From sequence record DRR378314_1245: a stretch of 57,674 nucleotides of DNA; one strand, 5' to 3'. The first letter of the stretch is position 1, and each line of letters opens with the position of its first letter. Position numbers and translations under genes: made by a program. This document shows, one piece after another, positions 50,750 through 57,674 of the stretch. The notes under the pieces are model-generated. The model ran no database searches and was not told where the DNA came from. It saw only the letters and a program-made list of their open reading frames with translations.

Positions 50750-50896
50750 ATGGAAAACATGACACGAAGAATATCAAAATCCAAGCGCTTTTATATGATG
50801 AACCCTATTATCCAATTTTTTAAATTCATTTGGTTGAGTATAAAAATAATGTTGATCGTTGCGGGTGGTCACGGGGGCACCAGAAAGGCACAATAA
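50750..50896 (+). CDS. Small (48 aa) predicted membrane protein downstream of sqr; not in the ORF track
   Basis: MENMTRRISKSKRFYMMNPIIQFFKFIWLSIKIMLIVAGGHGGTRKAQ*; A-rich context before the ATG, 38 bp after the sqr stop. Confidence 0.7.
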   Translation: MENMTRRISKSKRFYMMNPIIQFFKFIWLSIKIMLIVAGGHGGTRKAQ

Positions 50897-51059
50897 ATTA
50901 TCCCGGACCATAATGAGTTTTGCACGGAGCAGTGAATTGAAATCTAATCTGGGCAAAGGATTATCGTCACCTTGTAATTTATCTTTTCCCTAGTTGAAAT
51001 TTAGAACACCTTCCAAAAAATAATCTAACCTTCCTTTATATTTCAAAGCTGAGGCTTGT

Positions 51060-51077
51060 GTAACTTAAGTAGCTGTA
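51060..51077 (+). promoter_or_regulatory. Degenerate GTAAC-N4-GTAGC box (DUF2202 unit)
   Basis: TGT-GTAAC-TTAA-GTAGC-TGTA. Confidence 0.55.
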
Positions 51078-51127
51078 TATCTGTTTAATATGTTGGATAT
51101 TGCTTATGTAATTCAAATCTATTGGCA

Positions 51128-51757
51128 ATGAAACTTTTTAGACAAATAAGAAGTAATTTATTCATTTTTGGCTTGCCATTACTGTTGGCAGTGTTCTCCT
51201 GTAACAATGATGATTCATCAGTTGCGGATCAGGAGAATACAAACCTCACTAATGATGACAATGCGGCGTTATTGTTTATGTTGGAAGAGGAAAAGTTGGC
51301 AAGGGATACGTATACCTATTTGGGAGATTTATGGAATATCAATCAATTTTCAAATATTAAGAAAAGTGAACAAAGCCATATGAATGCCGTTATTGGCCTT
51401 TTGGACCAATATGATATTTCCTATTCCCTTTTGGCATATGGGGAGTTTAATAACCCGGACATTCAAAAGCTTTATGATCAGTTTATTGATTACGGCAGTG
51501 AAAATAAGGCAAATGCCTTGGAGGTTGGTGCCAACATTGAAGATTTGGACATTGTGGATTTGGCCAAATTCATTGATGCCACGACCAATAGTGCCATGAT
51601 ACAAGTATTTGAAAGCCTACAATGTGGAAGCCGCAACCACCTCAGGAGCTTTGTCAATGCCATTGAACTATTGGGGAATACTTATGAGCCCCAGTATTTA
51701 ACCCAGGAAGACTATACCTTAATAATCAATGATAGCCAGGAACAATGTGGTCCGTAA
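51128..51757 (+). CDS. DUF2202 ferritin-like lipoprotein
   Basis: Lipobox VFSC; EEEKLARDTY, SEQSHM, IEDLDIVDL, GSRNHLRSF. Confidence 0.85.
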   Translation: MKLFRQIRSNLFIFGLPLLLAVFSCNNDDSSVADQENTNLTNDDNAALLFMLEEEKLARDTYTYLGDLWNINQFSNIKKSEQSHMNAVIGLLDQYDISYSLLAYGEFNNPDIQKLYDQFIDYGSENKANALEVGANIEDLDIVDLAKFIDATTNSAMIQVFESLQCGSRNHLRSFVNAIELLGNTYEPQYLTQEDYTLIINDSQEQCGP

Positions 51758-51897
51758 AGGATTTTATTAAACAGACTTTCAAAAGAAGAACTGAATAATT
51801 TGGCCGACCCAATTTTGATCACAGGTCAAATGCCTCAAACATGTTGGCTGTCTTAAACTATATTCCTTGACCATAAATAACTTTAGTTAGGTCTTCC

Positions 51898-51917
51898 TGT
51901 GTAACAATTGTTACACA
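51898..51917. promoter_or_regulatory. Perfect 20-bp palindrome TGTGTAACAATTGTTACACA
   Basis: Perfect-symmetry version of the shared box; extra half-site TGTGTAAC at 51924-51931. Confidence 0.75.
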
Positions 51918-51953
51918 ACAATATGTGTAACTTATTGATTTAAAATATATTGA

Positions 51954-51997
51954 CTGACATATATCATTTTCCGCTCCTATTAAAGAACATACATTTA
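51954..51997 (+). promoter_or_regulatory. FNR-like box plus -7-like box
   Basis: CTGAC-ATAT-ATCAT at 51954-51967; TACATTTA at 51990-51997 (36-bp offset). Confidence 0.5.
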
Positions 51998-52024
51998 AAC
52001 ATATTAATTGATAAAACACAAATC

Positions 52025-52699
52025 ATGAAAAGAATAATTTTTACAATGGTATTTATTGCATTTGGATCAATAATGCTTAATGCACAGGACCAAGACCAAT
52101 TACGGGATAGGGACCAAGATCGATTAATGTTGGTGGATGGTGATGTACTACAAATTAGAGATCGAGACCAAATAAGATTACAAGATCCCGTAACATTAAA
52201 TGATGGAACGGTTGTAAATCCTGATGGTTCTTATATAACTAGGGATAAGGATCGTTTACGTCTAAAGGATGGGGAATGTTTGGACAATGATGGTATTAAA
52301 TACCGTAATGAGTACCAATACAGATACAAAGTAAAACAGGAAAACAAAGGTCTTACCGAGGCTCAAATGCAGGAACGTAACCAAAATAGGTTTCAGATTA
52401 TGCAAATAGGTGGTGAAGTATATCAAATTAGAAATCAAGAACAAAAACGTCTTCAGCAGCAATTAAACCTCGGCGACGGAATATTGGTCAATCCTGATGG
52501 AACCTACCAAAGCCAAGACCGCAAACAGCTTAAATTGCAAGATGGAGAATGTTTAAATATGGATGGTACCATGTATAAGAATTCATATCTACATCGTAAA
52601 ATGATGGTTCAAAAAAACATGAAAGTAAACAAAAACATGAAGATGAAAAGCAGAGTTAAGAAGTCAACGACTATGAAAAAGAATAAAGGCAACAATTAA
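52025..52699 (+). CDS. Secreted protein with two DUF6799-like repeats
   Basis: Signal peptide from ATG 52025; two ~57-aa repeats (L.DG..VNPDG.Y...L.L.DGECL..DG). Confidence 0.75.
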   Translation: MKRIIFTMVFIAFGSIMLNAQDQDQLRDRDQDRLMLVDGDVLQIRDRDQIRLQDPVTLNDGTVVNPDGSYITRDKDRLRLKDGECLDNDGIKYRNEYQYRYKVKQENKGLTEAQMQERNQNRFQIMQIGGEVYQIRNQEQKRLQQQLNLGDGILVNPDGTYQSQDRKQLKLQDGECLNMDGTMYKNSYLHRKMMVQKNMKVNKNMKMKSRVKKSTTMKKNKGNN

Positions 52700-52707
52700 G
52701 AAATACC

Positions 52708-52745
52708 AATGGGATGTAGGAATTTTTAAATTCCTACATCCCATT
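52708..52745 (+). terminator. Long perfect hairpin (terminator or RNA-stability element)
   Basis: AATGGGATGTAGGAATTT-TT-AAATTCCTACATCCCATT, 18-bp perfect inverted repeat. Confidence 0.7.
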
Positions 52746-52773
52746 TCCAATAAAGAACATAAACTTATATCTA

Positions 52774-53676
52774 ATGAAATCCCGGCTAATTATATCTTCA
52801 TTAATATTTTTTGCTCTTAATACCGGGGTGATGTCCCAAAATAATAAAAAATCTGTCCAAGAAAAATCCAATGACAATGAATCTTACGTTCTAACCGATG
52901 TAAGCTACATAAATGATGCTGTGTTTATGGGAAGGCGGGATTCTATTGCAGCCCCATATATTTACCCTTCTATTGGCTATTACGATAAGACGGGTTTTTT
53001 TGCAGATGCCTCAGTATCGTATTTAACGGCATCCAACGAAAACAGGGTAGATCTTTTTTTAATCAGTTCAGGGTTTATATTTAATGGATCACAGATTAGT
53101 GGAGGAATATCGGGAACCGCTTATTTTTTTAATGAGGACAGTTATAATGTTAGGTCCGAAGTTATTGGCGATATTACCGGAGTTTTAAGTTATGACTTAA
53201 AGTTTCTGGAAATTACACTTTCGGCAAGTACATATTTTAATAAAGAAAGTTCAGTAGATATTTTTACTGGACTAAAATTGGATAGAACCTTTTATACTCT
53301 TGGGAACAAGCTATTGCTAGATCCGGGTATTTCCCTGTATACCGGATCACAATATTTCTATCAGGAATATTATAGTAGCAGTCGTTTAGGCAACAGAAAG
53401 GGAAAAGGAAAGGGGGCTACTGATACAGAACCAACTACCTCCACTGTGGTGGAAATAAAGGAGGCATCAGAGTTTAATCTCTTAAACCTGGAGTTAAGTC
53501 TTCCTGCGCAATTTTATCACAAGCAATTTATTTTTTCTATTACCCCTTCCTTGTCTTTTCCCCAAAGCAGTGCCACTATAAGTACCGAGGATACCATTAT
53601 AAAGGAAGATCTAAAAAATACATTCTATTGGACCATTGGCGTTAGCTATTGGTTTTATACCAAAAAAAGAAACTAA
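52774..53676 (+). CDS. Hypothetical outer-membrane beta-barrel-like protein
   Basis: Signal peptide; alternating aromatic beta-strands; C-terminal FYWTIGVSYWF. Confidence 0.7.
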   Translation: MKSRLIISSLIFFALNTGVMSQNNKKSVQEKSNDNESYVLTDVSYINDAVFMGRRDSIAAPYIYPSIGYYDKTGFFADASVSYLTASNENRVDLFLISSGFIFNGSQISGGISGTAYFFNEDSYNVRSEVIGDITGVLSYDLKFLEITLSASTYFNKESSVDIFTGLKLDRTFYTLGNKLLLDPGISLYTGSQYFYQEYYSSSRLGNRKGKGKGATDTEPTTSTVVEIKEASEFNLLNLELSLPAQFYHKQFIFSITPSLSFPQSSATISTEDTIIKEDLKNTFYWTIGVSYWFYTKKRN

Positions 53677-53707
53677 AATTGGTTATCCCAATGGGATCAA
53701 TTCCTTG

Positions 53708-53751
53708 GTAACATTAGTTACTGTGCAATCCTTTTACTCCCCCTAATTTTG
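53708..53751 (+). promoter_or_regulatory. GTAAC-N4-GTTAC box plus -7 box (TolC-RND unit)
   Basis: GTAAC-ATTA-GTTAC-TGTG at 53708-53725; TAATTTTG at 53744-53751. Confidence 0.8.
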
Positions 53752-53769
53752 TCTTAAATAATTAGAACG

Positions 53770-55074
53770 ATGAAGAATATCATTTATATACTGTCTTTTT
53801 TGGGAACCTTGTCCTTGGTTCACGCTCAGGAAAGGGTGTTGATCAGCAAGGAAGAGGTATTGACCAAAGTGAGGGAAAACAACAATACCCTTAAAATGTC
53901 CCAACAGGATGTGTTGGCCGCCAAAGGAGATTTTAATCAGTCCAATGCGGTAATATTGCCTAATATAAGTGTCTCCCATACCGCTATTGCTACTACCAAT
54001 CCTCTAATGGCATTTGGTTCCAAATTAAATCAGGAAATTTTGACCCAAGCGGATTTTAATCCCCTTTTATTAAACAACCCCAGTCAGATCGAGGATTACG
54101 CAACACGTATAGTAGTGCAGCAGCCTTTGGTAAATTTGGACGGAATTTTTCAACGTAAGGCTGCAAAAGCCAAATTGAATGCTGTGGAGTTAAAAGCGGA
54201 TAGGACCAATGATTATATAGACTTGGAGGTGGAAAAGGCATATATGCAGTTACAGTTGGCCTATAAGTCCGTCTCGGTTTTGGAAGAGGCGAAAAAGGCG
54301 GCAATGGAAAATAAACGTTTGGCGGATAATAGTTTTAAGCAAGGATATCTTCAAAAATCGGATGTCCTAGCCGTAGAGGTTAGGCTTACCGAAATAGACA
54401 ACCAGTTGCAGTACGCCAAGAGCAATATCCAAAATGTCTCCAATTACATATCTGTCTTGATGAACGATAACAGCTATGCAGTTTTACAACCATCGGACTC
54501 CTTGACCTTAGTGGTCAGTGACATTTATACGGAAGGATTGCCTGAGAATAGAAAGGACCTACAGGCCATGTCCTTGTCCAGTGAGGCATATCAACAAATG
54601 TACAGGGCAGACAAAATGAGTTTCCTTCCTAGCTTAAATGCTTTTGGAACCTATGAATTGCACGATGATCAAGTTTTTCAGGGCGATGCCAATGGATATT
54701 TGATCGGGGCAGAATTAAAATGGAACATTTTTGAAGGCAGCAAACGTTTTGGAAAGGTCCAAAAGAGTAGGGCCGAATTTGAAAAATCCAAGCTGGAACT
54801 GCATCAATATAAAGCGGAAAGTCAGGTAGAGTTGAATAGGGCCATGCGTTTGCTTCAAGATGCCAAAAACAATTTGGAGCTTACCTCCTTGGCCTTGCAA
54901 CAGTCGGAAGAATCCCTCCGTATACGTACCAATAGATTTGAACAAGGCTTGGAGAAAACCACCGACCTATTAAATACCGAAACCCAATTTTCCCAGAAGA
55001 GATTGGAATATTACACCACTATTTTCAATTATAATTACGCCTTGGCTTATGTAAAGTTTTTAACCAAGGAATAA
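53770..55074 (+). CDS. TolC family outer membrane efflux protein
   Basis: ILPNISVS, FLPSLNAFG, KWNIFEG, RFEQG. Confidence 0.9.
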   Translation: MKNIIYILSFLGTLSLVHAQERVLISKEEVLTKVRENNNTLKMSQQDVLAAKGDFNQSNAVILPNISVSHTAIATTNPLMAFGSKLNQEILTQADFNPLLLNNPSQIEDYATRIVVQQPLVNLDGIFQRKAAKAKLNAVELKADRTNDYIDLEVEKAYMQLQLAYKSVSVLEEAKKAAMENKRLADNSFKQGYLQKSDVLAVEVRLTEIDNQLQYAKSNIQNVSNYISVLMNDNSYAVLQPSDSLTLVVSDIYTEGLPENRKDLQAMSLSSEAYQQMYRADKMSFLPSLNAFGTYELHDDQVFQGDANGYLIGAELKWNIFEGSKRFGKVQKSRAEFEKSKLELHQYKAESQVELNRAMRLLQDAKNNLELTSLALQQSEESLRIRTNRFEQGLEKTTDLLNTETQFSQKRLEYYTTIFNYNYALAYVKFLTKE

Positions 55075-55122
55075 GGGCATACAATTAATCAATATAAGAA
55101 ACTATTTAAAGGAATTATACAT

Positions 55123-56202
55123 ATGAAAACAAAATTATACATAGCAGCACTGTTCATCTTCGCCATAACGATTAGCAGTTGTGGGAGCGATGATAAAAAA
55201 ACTGTGGCGGACAATTCTCCTGCCGTGGCCGTTGAAGTAAGCACGGTTTCTGAAGGGAACAGCAGTCCGTTCCTATCCGCCAGCGGAAAGATAGAGGCGG
55301 TGAACAGTGCCAATATAAGTACCAGAATGATGGGATATGTAGATAAGATTTACGTACAGGTAGGGGATAAAGTTAATAAAGGACAGCAATTGATAAGTAT
55401 AAACAATGCAGATCTATCCGCCAAGTTGGCCCAGGTGAATGCCGGTATTACCGAAGCAACTGCTGCTTTTAACAATGCTGGAAAAGATTATAACAGGTAT
55501 ACAGTCCTGTTTAAGGAGAACAGTGCTTCCCAAAAGGAACTGGACGACATTACAGCCAACTACAACATGGCCAAGGCCAGATTGGAAGCGGCCAAACAAA
55601 TGAAGAACGAGGTGAATGCCCAATTTTCCTATAGCAATATTCGGGCTCCTTTTAACGGAGTGGTCACCAACAAATTTATTAAGGTTGGGGATATGGCAAA
55701 TCCAGGGATGCCTTTAGTGGAAGTAGAAAGTCCCGGCAATTTTCAGGTATTGGCTATGGTGCCGGAATCGGAAATTCTAGAGATTAAGTCGGGTTCGGAA
55801 GTTGAAGTATTGATCAAGACCCTGGACGAAACCTTTAAGGGAACAGTAGCGGAAGTGAGTACCTCTGCCAAAAATACTGGAGGACAGTATATGGTTAAAG
55901 TAATGTTGGATGAGTCCAATTCCAAACTACTTTCTGGAATGTACGCCACTGTTCAATTTCCTACTGCAAAAAAAGCGAATACCAATAGGGTGCTTATTCC
56001 TCTGGAGGCGATAGTGCAAAACGGACAGTTATCCGGAGTGTATACGGTTAGTGAGAGCAATACGGCTCTTTTACGCTGGTTGCGGTTGGGGAGGACTTAT
56101 GGCGATAGTGTAGAGGTATTGTCAGGTCTTTCCGCCGAGGAACAATTTATAATATCGGCCGAAGCCAAATTGTTCAATGGGGCTAGGATTAGTGTCCAAT
56201 AA
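55123..56202 (+). CDS. RND efflux periplasmic adaptor (MFP), lipoprotein
   Basis: Lipobox ISSC; ISTRMMGYV, IRAPFNGVV, LSGMYA, VEVLSGL. Confidence 0.92.
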   Translation: MKTKLYIAALFIFAITISSCGSDDKKTVADNSPAVAVEVSTVSEGNSSPFLSASGKIEAVNSANISTRMMGYVDKIYVQVGDKVNKGQQLISINNADLSAKLAQVNAGITEATAAFNNAGKDYNRYTVLFKENSASQKELDDITANYNMAKARLEAAKQMKNEVNAQFSYSNIRAPFNGVVTNKFIKVGDMANPGMPLVEVESPGNFQVLAMVPESEILEIKSGSEVEVLIKTLDETFKGTVAEVSTSAKNTGGQYMVKVMLDESNSKLLSGMYATVQFPTAKKANTNRVLIPLEAIVQNGQLSGVYTVSESNTALLRWLRLGRTYGDSVEVLSGLSAEEQFIISAEAKLFNGARISVQ

Positions 56203-56233
56203 CCAAAGTTTGAAAAATCGGATTTGCGTTAGG

Positions 56234-56253
56234 CCTGCCTGCCGGTAGGCAGG
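56234..56253. repeat. REP-like palindrome CCTGCCTGCCGGTAGGCAGG
   Basis: Near-perfect 20-bp palindrome; its first 13 nt recur at 1161-1173. Confidence 0.6.
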
Positions 56254-56281
56254 GATTGTAGCGGTTACCCCAAAACTTCTA

Positions 56282-56312
56282 TACCTGCAAGGTTTCCAAA
56301 ACCTTGTAGGTA
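56282..56312. repeat. REP-like hairpin TACCTGCAAGGTTT-CCA-AAACCTTGTAGGTA
   Basis: 14-bp stem with one G-T pair and a 3-nt loop. Confidence 0.6.
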
Positions 56313-56408
56313 CATGAAAAGACTTTCAAAGTAGAAAGTATAAGGATCATTCAAGACAAAGACAAGAATTGGGGAAGGTAACGCCCAAAACAAAAATAAA
56401 AGATAAAG

Positions 56409-57674
56409 ATGAAAGAAGGATTAGCAGGCAAAATTGCCAAAGCATTTATAGGATCTAAGTTAACGGTCCTTCTAATGATCGTGTTCATGGTCATTGGGGT
56501 ATATAGTTCGTTCCTAATTCCAAGGGAGGAGGAGCCTCAGATAGATGTGCCTATGGCAGATATCTTTGTTGGCTACCCAGGGGCCAGTCCCACTGAAGTA
56601 GAGAGCAGGGTAACCAAACCCCTTGAAAAGTTAATCTCCAATATTAAGGGTGTGGAGTACGTCTACTCTACCTCTATGGAGGAACAGGGAATGGTTATAG
56701 TGCAGTTTTATGTTGGTGAGGATATAGAACGTTCGTTTGTTAAACTACAGAACGAGATCAATAAGCATATGGACGAAATGCCACAAGGTGTTACCTTCCC
56801 TTTGATAAAGACCAGGGCTATAGATGATGTTCCCATGTTGGGACTTACCTTATGGAGTGAAAGTTATGACGATTACCAACTAAAGCAAATAGCTCAGGAG
56901 CTTACCGATGAAATTGAAAAAGTAAACGATGTGTCCGCTACCCAAAGAATTGGTGGACGAAATAGACAATTAAGGGTGGTATTGGACAAGGATAAATTGG
57001 CGGAAAGCGGATTGGATTTTCTTACCGTTGCCCAAATGATCAAGGCCAATAACCAACAAATTAGCGGTGGTACTTTTGATAAGAACGATACCGAATTCAT
57101 GGTGACCACAGGTAAATTCCTGGAAACTGCTACCGATGTGGAAAATTTGGTGGTAGGCGTACAACAGAACCGTCCTATTTATCTGAAGCAGATTGCCAGT
57201 ATACAGGATGGTCCCGAAATTCCTAAGGAATACGTATCCCTCGGTTTTGGGCAGGGAAGTGAACAAAGGGAAACCTATAAGTCCGAATATCCTGCAGTAA
57301 CCATTTCCATAGCCAAGCGCAAAGGGGCGGACGCCATGAATATATCGGATATTATTTTGGAGAAGGTAGATCATTTAAAGAAAAATCTTATCCCGGATGA
57401 TGTGCATGTGGAGGTGACGCGGAACTACGGGGAAACGGCGTCCCACAAGGTATCCGAACTGTTAATGCACCTTATTGGTGCCATAATAGCGGTGACCTTT
57501 GTAGTAATGTTGGCCATGGGATGGCGTGGGGGATTGGTGGTGTTTCTATCCGTACCCATCACCTTTGCCTTAACTCTATTGAGTTATTATTTGTTGGACT
57601 ACACCTTGAACCGTATCACTTTGTTTGCATTGGTTTTCGTAACGGGTATTGTGGTGGACGACTCCATTATTATT
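56409..57674 (+). CDS. RND (AcrB/CusA family) efflux permease, 5' part, truncated by the window end
   Basis: Reading frame from ATG 56409: MKEGLAGKIAKAFI...IPREEEPQIDVP...YPGASPTEVE...; the window ends in the TM4 motif GIVVDDSII; absent from the ORF track because it has no stop. Confidence 0.92.
   Translation, partial: MKEGLAGKIAKAFIGSKLTVLLMIVFMVIGVYSSFLIPREEEPQIDVPMADIFVGYPGASPTEVESRVTKPLEKLISNIKGVEYVYSTSMEEQGMVIVQFYVGEDIERSFVKLQNEINKHMDEMPQGVTFPLIKTRAIDDVPMLGLTLWSESYDDYQLKQIAQELTDEIEKVNDVSATQRIGGRNRQLRVVLDKDKLAESGLDFLTVAQMIKANNQQISGGTFDKNDTEFMVTTGKFLETATDVENLVVGVQQNRPIYLKQIASIQDGPEIPKEYVSLGFGQGSEQRETYKSEYPAVTISIAKRKGADAMNISDIILEKVDHLKKNLIPDDVHVEVTRNYGETASHKVSELLMHLIGAIIAVTFVVMLAMGWRGGLVVFLSVPITFALTLLSYYLLDYTLNRITLFALVFVTGIVVDDSIII

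Noticed and set aside
50774-50956. 60-aa minus-strand ORF in the track
   Set aside because: Antisense shadow of the more plausible plus-strand 48-aa ORF.
56894-57374. Minus-strand ORFs of 71 and 134 aa
   Set aside because: Antisense to the RND permease frame starting at 56409.
1-57674. CRISPR arrays, tRNA/rRNA, transposases, integrases, prophage or defence genes
   Set aside because: None recognised by eye; an Infernal/tRNAscan/CRISPR search would confirm their absence.

Overview
Gene-dense chromosomal window from a Flavobacteriaceae-like Bacteroidota; this is inferred from gene content, TAnnTTTG promoter boxes and lipoprotein signals. (1) 1-1300: a lipoprotein ORF with cassette-like inverted flanks. 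(2) 1345-23704: a sulfated-glycan utilisation locus with a hybrid two-component regulator (HTCS), GH29 fucosidase, two esterases, four Cys-type sulfatases, GH88 and DUF6250. It has no susC/susD in the window and is interrupted by an Hsp20/NEW3/ABC block. Two of its promoters share a 21-bp-period direct repeat at identical spacing. (3) 24270-38175: two convergent sugar-acid catabolic clusters whose enzymes are often predicted to be exported (lactonase, Tat-like RidA, RraA-like aldolase, heme-c dehydrogenase, Gfo, two DHDPS-fold enzymes, an FGE-fold protein lacking its Cys residues). (4) 38600-57674: a sulfur/redox island with rhodanese, an HMA protein, a di-heme DUF3365 cytochrome, SQR plus an unannotated 48-aa membrane peptide, DUF2202, DUF6799-like, and TolC-MFP-RND. 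A TetR/ABC exporter block sits in the middle. The strongest new signal is a GTAAC-N4-GTT(A/G)C palindrome upstream of five transcription units of this island. In three of them it lies exactly 36 bp upstream of a -7-like box, suggesting a Crp/Fnr-type sulfide/persulfide regulon that includes a short terminated leader RNA. No tRNA, rRNA, CRISPR, transposase or integrase was seen. Domain names come from motif recognition, not database searches.
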